This document shows positions 26,099 to 33,472 of a stretch of DNA of 33,472 nucleotides, piece after piece. The notes under the pieces are model-generated. The model had not been told where the DNA came from. It worked only from the letters and a program-made list of their open reading frames with translations, and did not search any database. Source of the stretch: Haloarculaceae archaeon (GTDB taxonomy: Archaea > Halobacteriota > Halobacteria > Halobacteriales > Haloarculaceae); the NCBI GenBank assembly GCA_042217365.1, contig JBDGST010000082.1, positions 1 through 33,472 on the forward strand. Direction: 5' to 3'. The position numbers were made by a program, and so were the translations under genes. Numbering within the stretch: position 1 is the stretch's first letter; each line of letters begins with the position of its first letter.

Positions 26099-27141
26099 TG
26101 TCGGGGAACCAGAACGTCAGGGTCTCGGTCGACGAGCGGAAGATCGGCAAAGCCGCCGGATCGGCCGTCTCGGGCGAACTGAAAGGCGAACTCAGCTCGA
26201 TCAAGAGCAACACGAGCGAGACGGCCGACCAGGTCCGCGAGATGAAACGAGAAGTGAGCGCCCTCCAGCGGCGCGTCGAGAGCCTCGAGGAGCGGATGAC
26301 CGAGATCGAGCGGACCAAGGCCGAGGCCCAGCGGGAGGCCACCGAATCCATCAAGGACGAACTCGAACGGCAGCTGGAGGAGAAAAAGCGGCAGTTCGAG
26401 GAGAAAAAGCGGGACGTCCTCGGCGACTACCAGTCGAGCATCCGGCGGCTGAAAGACCGGTTCGTCAACTCGATCCCCGGGCAGAGCGAGGGGTTCGAGC
26501 GGGTGACCGAGGAGTTCGATCGAGCGGTCGAACTCCGGGACTCGGTCGTCGAGGAGGCACGGCGGCTCGGGAGCCACGGCGCGGCGGCCGTCCACGAGTA
26601 CCGCCGCAGACACGTCGAGGAGTCCCGGACGGCCTTTACCGACGCCATCGACGACTTCCTCGCCGACCGCCGGGAGACCGCGAACACGATCGACTCGCTC
26701 CAGACGGCGGTGCCCGGCGTCGACGGCAACGAGCGAGTGCACGTCCCGTTCTGGGTGGTCGGGATCGAGCGCGACGGCAGGGAAGAGGTCTACGTGTTGC
26801 CGATCCAGACGCGGGCGGAACCCGAAGCCGCGCCGACCGCCCGGGCGCCGTACGCGTCGTACCTCAAGCCCCACGACACCCACTACTACGGCGACTGGAC
26901 GGACGCGGTCGAGGCGTACGTCCGCCAGGACCACGTGCGCGACAGGCTCGCCGCCGACGACCCGACGTTCGCCGACCCCGACGTCCTCCGGGACCTCCCC
27001 GGCGTCCACGACAGGTTCGTGGACGCGCTCACGGAGTTCGAGTTCGGGGACCGGCGAACGACCGGGTCGACGACCCGACGGGCTGGGCAAGCACAGCGGC
27101 AGCGGCAAGCCGCTCGAACAGGGGCACAGAACGATGACTGA
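26098..27141 (+). CDS. Coiled-coil protein (347 aa)
   Basis: N-terminal heptad-rich region (VSALQRRVESLEERMTEIERTKAEAQREATESIKDELERQLEEKKRQFEEKKRD) followed by a globular domain. 8-nt overlap with the next gene. Confidence 0.6.
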   Translation: MSGNQNVRVSVDERKIGKAAGSAVSGELKGELSSIKSNTSETADQVREMKREVSALQRRVESLEERMTEIERTKAEAQREATESIKDELERQLEEKKRQFEEKKRDVLGDYQSSIRRLKDRFVNSIPGQSEGFERVTEEFDRAVELRDSVVEEARRLGSHGAAAVHEYRRRHVEESRTAFTDAIDDFLADRRETANTIDSLQTAVPGVDGNERVHVPFWVVGIERDGREEVYVLPIQTRAEPEAAPTARAPYASYLKPHDTHYYGDWTDAVEAYVRQDHVRDRLAADDPTFADPDVLRDLPGVHDRFVDALTEFEFGDRRTTGSTTRRAGQAQRQRQAARTGAQNDD

Positions 27142-28399
27142 GGAAGTACTGGGCGCCATCACGTCCGACAAGGTCGAGACCGACAACACGAACTTCGCGA
27201 CGCTGAAGGCCGACCAGACCTGCGAGGAGGCGCTGATCCCCCGGGACAACGCGGTCAGACAGCTCAACTGGCAGGTCACCCTTGAGAAAGGGTCCATCTA
27301 CAACCCCCAGGAGGACGTCGGCGTCTACGCCCAGGAGGTCGACTGCAAGTACGGGGTGCAGGTCGACGGCACGGTCTTCGGACGCGACGCCGTCTCCGTC
27401 GAACACGGGGGCGCGATGCACTCGGCCGCGAGCGACGAGGGCGAGGCGGCGCCGGTCATCGGGGCCCGGGTCCTCGGCTCGGTCGTCTCCGACGGGTCCG
27501 TCGAGGTGGTCTCGCCGGACTCGAAACTCGACGACTGGGAGCCCAGGCCGGTCACCGTCTACGGCGACCTCGTCGGCGGCCACGTCTCCATCGAGGAACC
27601 GACCGTCGTCTACGGGAACGTCCTCGCCGAGCAGATGCTCTGGGTCGACGCGCCGACGGTCGTGTTCGGCGACGTCCGCTCGGAGGGATCCCTCGAGGCG
27701 ACCGACCTGTTCGCGTTCTCGATAACCGCCCGCGACGAGGTCACCCTCGGCGAGCGCGTCGTCACGGTCAACCCCGTGGTCCGGTCCGACGAGGGGACGA
27801 TAACCCTCGTCGACGACGTCGCGGTCTTCGACTCGGCCACGCTCGCCCGCGTCGGGGACGCCCACGACGTCGACAGCGTCGCGGTCGGCCCGTGGGTGCT
27901 GGACGAGGAGACCGTCTGGGAGGGCGACCGGCTGGTCCCCGCCGACGTCATCGACCACGGTGACGGAGAACTCGCAACCCGGGCGTGGCGGACGGTGTCG
28001 GAACCCGATAGCGAGTACGCGTACGTCCAGTCGCTGCTACAGCGCCACGTCGCCGAGTTCCGGCGCGATCCCCCCGACATCGAGCAGTTCCGGTACGGCG
28101 GCCTCGTCAGCGTGGGCGAGAGCAGCCCCGACGACGACGGCGGCGTCACCGTCGAACACCACGGCGAGGGCGACGTCGTGCTTGGCGACCAGGAGAAGGA
28201 GGTGGAGGAAGAGGACCTGACGACCATCGACAACAGCGTGACGGACGTCACCGAGACGAAGACCGTCCACGACGAGCGCACGACCATCGAGGACAGCGTC
28301 CTCAACCGGTCCGACGTCGGGGGGGTCGGCGACGCGGACGGGAGCGACGGCGAAGCGGCCGACGGGACCCAGATGCCGGCGGAACCGCGGGAGGAGTGA
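27134..28399 (+). CDS. Bactofilin-like (polymer-forming beta-helix) protein with C-terminal DSVLNRS module (421 aa)
   Basis: Repeated windings of the form VTVYGDLVGGHVSIEEPTVVYGNVLAEQMLWVDAPTVVFGDVRSEGSLEA match the bactofilin/DUF583 pattern x-V-x-G-D/N-V-x-A. C-terminal block GDVVLGDQEKEVEE ... DERTTIEDSVLNRSDVG is shared with the next gene. Confidence 0.6.
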   Translation: MTEEVLGAITSDKVETDNTNFATLKADQTCEEALIPRDNAVRQLNWQVTLEKGSIYNPQEDVGVYAQEVDCKYGVQVDGTVFGRDAVSVEHGGAMHSAASDEGEAAPVIGARVLGSVVSDGSVEVVSPDSKLDDWEPRPVTVYGDLVGGHVSIEEPTVVYGNVLAEQMLWVDAPTVVFGDVRSEGSLEATDLFAFSITARDEVTLGERVVTVNPVVRSDEGTITLVDDVAVFDSATLARVGDAHDVDSVAVGPWVLDEETVWEGDRLVPADVIDHGDGELATRAWRTVSEPDSEYAYVQSLLQRHVAEFRRDPPDIEQFRYGGLVSVGESSPDDDGGVTVEHHGEGDVVLGDQEKEVEEEDLTTIDNSVTDVTETKTVHDERTTIEDSVLNRSDVGGVGDADGSDGEAADGTQMPAEPREE

Positions 28400-29028
28400 C
28401 CGTGGGCTACTGCGAAGACCACGACCGCGTGTATCGCGGCGCCGAGTGCCCCGACTGCGCCGGTTCGGCCGCGGGAAGCGACGCCGGACGGACCGCGGAC
28501 CCGGCGACGGGGCGGAACACCGGGGCCGGCGCGGACGGGGACGACCCCCGGTCGAGTGACGCCCGGGACGCGTCCAGGGACCCCGCGAACGTCCGCGAGC
28601 ATGTCGAGGACGGCGTCGCGGACGCGCTCGGGGACGTCGACGTCGACGTCGAAGACGGGGACGTGGTCGTCGGCGACCAGGAGAAGACCGCCGAGAAGAC
28701 CGTCCGGACCGAGATCGACGACAGCACCGCCGACGTCACCGAGGAGACGACGACCCGCGACGAGCGGACCACCGTCGAGGACAGCGTCCTCAACCGCTCG
28801 ACGGTCGAGGGCGACGCCGACGTCGAGGACAGCGTCCTCAACCGGTCGGACGTCGGAGACGGGGCCGGCGCCGAGGACTCCGCAGTCGAGCGGTCGAGCG
28901 TAGGCGGTGAGTCGGGCGGAGGAGGGGCAGAAACCGGAAGCCACGAAACGGAGTTCTGTATCTACTGCGGGGCGGAAGTCCCCGCCGGGAGCGAAACCTG
29001 CCCCCAGTGCGGGGAGTCCCTGTCGTAG
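28396..29028 (+). CDS. Zinc-ribbon protein with tandem DSVLNRS repeats (210 aa), paralogue of 17540..18313
   Basis: GTG start overlapping the previous stop (GTGA). N-terminal YCEDHDRVYRGAECPDCAG (compare YCEEHERTYTGEECPACRG in the 17540 gene). GDVVVGDQEK ... DERTTVEDSVLNRSTVEGDADVEDSVLNRSDVGDGAGAEDSAVERSSVGG. C-terminal FCIYCGAEVPAGSETCPQCG. Confidence 0.6.
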   Translation: MTVGYCEDHDRVYRGAECPDCAGSAAGSDAGRTADPATGRNTGAGADGDDPRSSDARDASRDPANVREHVEDGVADALGDVDVDVEDGDVVVGDQEKTAEKTVRTEIDDSTADVTEETTTRDERTTVEDSVLNRSTVEGDADVEDSVLNRSDVGDGAGAEDSAVERSSVGGESGGGGAETGSHETEFCIYCGAEVPAGSETCPQCGESLS

Positions 29029-29035
29029 AGACCGC

Positions 29036-29281
29036 TCAGGAGTGGCGCGCGAAGTGGTAGACGACGCCCCAGGCGAACGAGACGGCGACGACGACCACGA
29101 GCATCCCCGTCGTCTGGCGGGTCATCGTCACGCCCGTCGTCGAGGCGACCAAGTCCCGGACCACGACGCCCGCCCGCGCGAGCGACGGCGTGTGGTTCCA
29201 GACGTACTTCGAGAGTACCGTCCCGACGACCATGCTCACGAACGTTGCGAGCGCGTGGGAACCGCCAGTCTTTGCCGGCAT
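29036..29281 (-). CDS. Small 2-TM membrane protein (81 aa)
   Basis: Start ATG 29281 (MPAKTGGSHALATFVSMVVGTVLSKYVW ... MLVVVVAVSFAWGVVYHF). The longer ORF N-extension is S/T-rich junk. Confidence 0.45.
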   Translation of the reverse strand: MPAKTGGSHALATFVSMVVGTVLSKYVWNHTPSLARAGVVVRDLVASTTGVTMTRQTTGMLVVVVAVSFAWGVVYHFARHS

Positions 29282-29294
29282 AGCTGTGTTCCCC

Positions 29295-31289
29295 TCAGGT
29301 GCCACACTGCAGCGACAGCCCGAGTTCGTCGAGGTAGAGCTGTTCGCCGGCTCCCTCGGCTTCGAGGTCGTTGAACGCCCGCTTGACGACGTGTGGCTCG
29401 TAGCCGTGCTCAACGACGTCCTCCAGCAGGACCGACTCGTGGGCGACGTCCTCGACGTACTCGCGCCGGATCGTCTCGACGCAGTCGCTCACTCGCTCCG
29501 CCTCGATCGGCGGCGCGAACAGGTCGGCGTTCTCGCTGGCGACCGGATCCGTCTCGTCGTACGCGACTGACCCGTCCTGGAGGTCGACCAGGCAGACGCT
29601 CAGGTACTGGCTGTACCGCGAGCGGGCGAGGTCCTCGGTCGTGACCTGGTCGCGCACGCGCTCGCTCCACCCGGTGGGCGACGCCAGGGCCAGCAGGTAG
29701 CCGTACTCCCCGTCCTCGGCCTCGGCGACGGCCTCGTTGACGACCGACAGCAGGTCGTCCAGGTCCGCCGGGGTGGCGTCGAAGCCGTTGGTCGCGAACG
29801 CCTCCAGGTCCGCGAGTACGCGGGCCTCGACGACCATCTCCGTGTCGCTGCCCAGACCGAGGTACCGCGAGGTCGTCACCTCGTAGCGCGCGGCCCCGTT
29901 GGTCGGGTAGCCGTCCGGGTCCCCGCCGTCGAGCAGCGACGCCACGCGCGGGCGCTCGCTCCGCCGGCTGCTCCGCCCCTCCCAGTAGCCGTCGGGCACT
30001 TCGAACGTCCCCTGGCGGGTCCGTAGCGAGTCGACCTCGGCCATCGAGATGTCGAACCGCCCGAGGTAGTCCATCTCCAGCACCTTCCCCATCGTCGCGG
30101 TGACGACGTTCTCGCCCTCGATCCCGGCGTCCTCTCCCGCGGGGACTGATTGCTCGACGTCGGCGACTCGCTCCTCGAGGGCCCGCTGTCGCTCGTCGAG
30201 CGTCTCGCGGGCCGTCTCGATCCGCTCGCGCTCGCGTTCGAGGCGCTCGACCTCCTCGCGGATCTCCTCGCGCTGGTCGCGCAGCGCCTCGATCTCGTCC
30301 TCGACGAGTTCCGTCGCCTCCTCGCGGGCCCGGCGGTCGGCCTCCTCGCGGGCGGTTTCTTTGACTGCTTCGAGGTCCTCGATCTTGACCCGCAGCCGCT
30401 GTTCCATGTCGGTCGTGCGCTCGATTCGCGCGCCGAGGTCGTCGAGGACGTCGCCCTCGTCGGCGCCCTCGCGGCGACGCTCGACCGCGTCGAGTTCCGC
30501 CCGGAGCTGCTCGGGGTCGGCCTCCCGACTCGCGAGTTCGCCCTCGAGCGAACTGAGCTTCGTCTCCAGCTCTCGCTGCTGGCGCTCGAACCGCTCGTCG
30601 ATCGTCGCCGAGAGGTCGTCGAGTTCCTCCCGGAGCTCGGCGCGGACCCGCTCGCGCTCGTCGGCGGCCTCGTTGACGGCCGTGACCGCCTCCTCGATGG
30701 CCTCGACCATGTGTTCGAGCCCGTGGGTCTCGACGTAGGTGAAAAAGCCCCGCCGGATCTTCTCGCGGCGGTCCTCGTACCGGTCGAGCAGGCGCTCGAT
30801 CACGTCCTGCTGGACCTCCGGGTTCTCGATTAGCTCGTCGACGTTGGCTATCTGGGTCGAGGTGTACTCCTCGACGAGTTCGTACACCTCGCCCTCCATG
30901 CGGCGGATCTTCGCCTCGATCTGGTCCTCGGAGAGCGCGTCGAACTGCTTGTACCGGTCGAAGTCGACGACCGCCTGCAGCTCGGCCTCGATGAAGTCGT
31001 CGGCCATCGCCCGGGGCACCGACGCCCCGTCCTCGGCGTAGAAACTGGCCGCGAGCAGGAGGCGCGCCAGGCGGAACGTCCCGCGAACGCGGTCGCGCTC
31101 GGCGCCGGTCAGGAAGTCCGGGCAGTCCTCGCTGAACTCCCAGACGAACTCCTCCTCGCTGGCCTTGATCTCGTTGTACCGCTCGACGCGGGTGCGCTCG
31201 GGCATCCGTTCGAGCGCGGCCAGGTCCTCGTCGATCACCGTCTCGGCCGCGTGTGTCAGTTCCTCGAACCGCTGTGCGCAGTCGCTCAT
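29295..31289 (-). CDS. Large coiled-coil protein (664 aa) with N- and C-terminal globular domains of unknown function
   Basis: Central ~300 aa of E/R-rich heptads (ELREELDDLSATIDERFERQQRELETKLSSLEGELASREAD ... EEVERLERERERIETARETLDERQRALEERVADVEQ). C-terminal domain contains GSDTEMVVEARV ... GYLLALASPTGWS, which could be a PD-(D/E)xK-like core (speculative). Confidence 0.6.
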   Translation of the reverse strand: MSDCAQRFEELTHAAETVIDEDLAALERMPERTRVERYNEIKASEEEFVWEFSEDCPDFLTGAERDRVRGTFRLARLLLAASFYAEDGASVPRAMADDFIEAELQAVVDFDRYKQFDALSEDQIEAKIRRMEGEVYELVEEYTSTQIANVDELIENPEVQQDVIERLLDRYEDRREKIRRGFFTYVETHGLEHMVEAIEEAVTAVNEAADERERVRAELREELDDLSATIDERFERQQRELETKLSSLEGELASREADPEQLRAELDAVERRREGADEGDVLDDLGARIERTTDMEQRLRVKIEDLEAVKETAREEADRRAREEATELVEDEIEALRDQREEIREEVERLERERERIETARETLDERQRALEERVADVEQSVPAGEDAGIEGENVVTATMGKVLEMDYLGRFDISMAEVDSLRTRQGTFEVPDGYWEGRSSRRSERPRVASLLDGGDPDGYPTNGAARYEVTTSRYLGLGSDTEMVVEARVLADLEAFATNGFDATPADLDDLLSVVNEAVAEAEDGEYGYLLALASPTGWSERVRDQVTTEDLARSRYSQYLSVCLVDLQDGSVAYDETDPVASENADLFAPPIEAERVSDCVETIRREYVEDVAHESVLLEDVVEHGYEPHVVKRAFNDLEAEGAGEQLYLDELGLSLQCGT

Positions 31290-31338
31290 CGTTTCACCCG
31301 TGATCCCGTGGTTCGTCGCCGCGTCTGTGGCTGCCCGT

Positions 31339-31881
31339 TCATTGTTGGCTATTCGCGTAGTCCGCCAGTTCGGTCTCGAAGAAGTCCGCGAGGAACGACG
31401 GCGCGGGCGGGTAGCCGTCCACCCGGACCGTCACCGTCGTCGTTCCCCCGTCCCCGTCCCCGTCGACCCCGTAGGTGACGGTCGCTCGGCCCTTCTTCGT
31501 GTAGACCTCGTACTCGTTTCGCGCCGCCGACTGCAACACCGCCTTCTTCTTCGAGAGCATGTACTCGACGAACGACTCGACGGCGTCCGCCTGCGCGTCG
31601 ACCGATTGCTCGACCGTGTAGCGTTCGGTCGTGACGTCCGGTTCGACCGGTTCGAGCCGGTACGAGGCGACCTGGTCGGCGGGCACCTTGCCGACGAGGT
31701 CCTCGTAGAGCTCGTCGTGGTCGACGCCGTCGGCGACCCGGACCAGGCCCGACGGCTTCTCCACGTCGCCGTCGTCCCAGTTGTTGAACAGGTACTCGAC
31801 CCGCTTTCGCTCGGCGTCGTCCTCGTAGTCGACGACGAACAGGTACCGGTCGTCCCCGTCTGTCTGGTCGTTCCGTGTCAT
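31339..31881 (-). CDS. Hypothetical protein (180 aa) with Cas2/VapD-like N-terminal strand pattern
   Basis: Start ATG 31881 (MTRNDQTDGDDRYLFVVDYEDDAERKRVEYLFNNW ...), which by eye resembles the Cas2 beta1-alpha1 signature (LVLVFYDISDERRRARLSELL). The 50-nt gap to the 664-aa gene on the same strand suggests an operon. Confidence 0.45.
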   Translation of the reverse strand: MTRNDQTDGDDRYLFVVDYEDDAERKRVEYLFNNWDDGDVEKPSGLVRVADGVDHDELYEDLVGKVPADQVASYRLEPVEPDVTTERYTVEQSVDAQADAVESFVEYMLSKKKAVLQSAARNEYEVYTKKGRATVTYGVDGDGDGGTTTVTVRVDGYPPAPSFLADFFETELADYANSQQ

Positions 31882-32056
31882 GGTTCGTGGGTGCATCCGG
31901 CGTCCCCCCGCACCGCGTCACGGGTCTGTCGAACGCTGTCCGTTCGGATTGTGTGCAGCGACGAAAAAAAGTCTTTTCCATAATGGAGACTTCAGGGAGA
32001 CACCATTCGGTACGGTCCATGGAGAAACGCGACTGGAGAGTAAAGTCGAGTCCGGT

Positions 32057-32374
32057 AGAGGAACGCGGGGTCCGCTCCGGTCACACTTCCTGCGACCGGG
32101 GACGATGGACCTGGCGACGGGCTGTTCGGGGATCCAGGCCATCGACAGCAACTTCGGCCGGACGGCCCTCTACGGACAGCCGAAGATCGGCGGCATGGAC
32201 CTCGTGGCGGACGAACTCGCCGCGGCGTCGGCGCTCCTGTTCGGGCAGGCCGACGAGCGGACCCCCGTCGTGGTCGTCCGCGGACTCGACTACGAGGACG
32301 GGGAAGGGATCCCCAACTCGGGCGGACTGGTCCGGCGCGGACTCCGGAAGACGATCCGGCTCACCGGGTCGTGA
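32057..32374 (+). pseudogene. cofE: 5'-truncated remnant of cofE (F420-0:gamma-glutamyl ligase), C-terminal ~100 codons only
   Basis: DLATGCSGIQAIDSNFGRTALYGQPKIGGMDLVADELAAASALLFGQADERTPVVVVRGL matches the conserved CofE C-terminus (GISGVKAM ... GRKDLYGREL ... AVADEIAAFANLLMGEGGDGIPAVVVRGL). Nothing corresponding to the N-terminal ~150 residues is present; upstream DNA is AT-richer non-coding sequence. Confidence 0.55.
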
Positions 32375-32439
32375 AGCCGCTGTCGACGGTGAGCGCTTCG
32401 CCGTTAGTGCACGACGCGCCGTCGGATCACTTCCACATC

Positions 32440-32640
32440 TGAATTCGAGTCTACGGATATCTATTCCAGATAAATACATCAAATTATAGCTCAAAAATGA
32501 TAATCTGTAGATTTAGGTCCAAATAGTCTCAATAGCGCCTAATATAGACGTTAAAACAGTCAATATGGTCTCATAATTTCCAAATATATTATCTATCTCC
32601 CATACCTGTGATGATAGTCTCGACTTCTCGAACTATAAGG
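32440..32640. other. AT-rich (~35-40% GC) island in a ~68% GC genome
   Basis: Read directly: ctattccagataaatacatcaaattatagctcaaaaatgataatctgtagatttaggtccaaatagtctcaatagcgcctaatatagacg ... Contains short recurring words (tagtctc / ggtctca / tctcaata). No ORF with genome-typical codon usage. Confidence 0.6.
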
Positions 32641-32739
32641 GAAATATTCCGGAGGCGCCAGGCAGGAATCCGGTCCCGGACCGCTCCGGAACGACGTCCT
32701 CGGTGAAGCTCTAGCGCGGATCCGGGCCGGCCCCCGAAC

Positions 32740-32784
32740 GATCCCGGAGCAGTCCCGGTACAGTCCCGGACCGGGCCCGGAGCA
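32740..32784 (+). repeat. Four tandem 11-bp units NNTCCCGGNNC (gatcccggagc agtcccggtac agtcccggacc g ggcccggagc), plus a related palindromic copy GGTCCCGGACC at 32672-32682
   Basis: Seen directly. Lies 115-230 nt upstream of the xylA start, so it is a candidate operator array. Confidence 0.5.
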
Positions 32785-32899
32785 GCCTCTGAACGTGGTC
32801 GGATCGACCGGCCGTCCCCGGGCCGGTGGAACCGCTGATGTCGCAATATTCAAGTAGTCTCTGGGAGCACCACTACGTATTCCCCACGGAGGTAACACT

Positions 32900-33472
32900 A
32901 TGAGCGAGTACTTCCCCGAAGTCGACGAGATCACGTACGAGGGACCGGCATCCGAGGACCCGCTGTCGTTCAGGTACTACGAGCCCGACCGACAGGTCGG
33001 CGGGAAGACCATGGAAGAACACCTGCGGTTCTCGGTCGCCTACTGGCACACACTGGTCGAGGAGGGGACCGACCCGTTCGGAGCGGGGACGGCCCAGCGT
33101 CCCTGGGACGACATCGACGACCCGATGGAGAAGGCCCACGCGCGGGTCGACGCGGCCTTCGAACTCTTCGAGAAGCTCGGGGTCCCGTACTTCTGTTTCC
33201 ACGACCGCGACGTCGCGCCGCGGGGTGACGGGCTGGCCGAATCCAACGCGAAGCTCGACGAGGCCGTCGACCACATCGAGGAGAAGATGGACGAGACGGG
33301 CGTCGACCTGCTGTGGGGCACGGCCCAGCTGTTCATGGAGCCCAAGTACATGCACGGCGCAGCGACCTCGCCCAACGCGGACGTGTTCGCCCACGCCGCC
33401 GCGCAGGTCAAGAAGGCGATGGAGGTCACCGAGCGCCTCGGCGGCGAGAACTTCGTCTTCTGGGGCGGCCGC
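32900..33472 (+). CDS. xylA: Xylose isomerase, N-terminal 191 codons (gene continues past window end)
   Basis: [52 protein letters not shown] ... [10 protein letters not shown] ... [11 protein letters not shown] is the classic XylA N-terminus. GGAGGT Shine-Dalgarno-like motif 7 nt upstream of the ATG. Confidence 0.85.
   Translation, partial: MSEYFPEVDEITYEGPASEDPLSFRYYEPDRQVGGKTMEEHLRFSVAYWHTLVEEGTDPFGAGTAQRPWDDIDDPMEKAHARVDAAFELFEKLGVPYFCFHDRDVAPRGDGLAESNAKLDEAVDHIEEKMDETGVDLLWGTAQLFMEPKYMHGAATSPNADVFAHAAAQVKKAMEVTERLGGENFVFWGGR

Overview
This 33.5-kb window is a high-GC (~68%) chromosome segment from a haloarchaeon (class Halobacteria). Evidence for that: acidic D/E-rich proteins, high GC3 codon usage, ATGA/GTGA start-stop overlaps, and TATA-like boxes about 28 nt upstream of apparently leaderless ATGs.

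- **Left third (1..7.3 kb):** housekeeping genes, namely the serS 5' part, an alpha/beta hydrolase, an M20 peptidase, a DUF192 lipoprotein, an M32 carboxypeptidase, a Yip1-like membrane protein and an E1-like UbaA/MoeB.
- **8..12 kb:** a chemotaxis-transducer locus bracketed by two 96%-identical copies of a 110-bp MITE-like element. Each copy sits exactly on the TGA stop codon of the upstream gene.
- **17.5..29 kb (the standout region):** a dense cluster of cytoskeleton / membrane-remodelling-type genes.
  - Minus strand: an ESCRT-III/Snf7-like protein immediately upstream of a MIT-domain AAA+ ATPase (Vps4/CdvC-like), a small helical protein, a triple-zinc-ribbon SPFH/band-7 protein with a long E/R-rich coiled coil, and a HEAT-like repeat protein.
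  - Plus strand (divergent): a tightly overlapping 4-gene operon comprising a membrane-anchored protein, a coiled-coil protein, a bactofilin-like beta-helix protein and a zinc-ribbon protein.
  - Both arms end in paralogous zinc-ribbon proteins sharing a D-S-V-(L/V)-N-R-S repeat motif.
- **Right end:** a 664-aa coiled-coil protein plus a 180-aa partner, a 5'-truncated cofE (F420 gamma-glutamyl ligase) remnant, an unusually AT-rich ~200-bp island, an array of tandem 11-bp CCCGG repeats, and the start of xylose isomerase.

No rRNA, tRNA, CRISPR array, transposase or integrase was seen. All protein-family calls are by eye from the translated sequence and no search tools were run.
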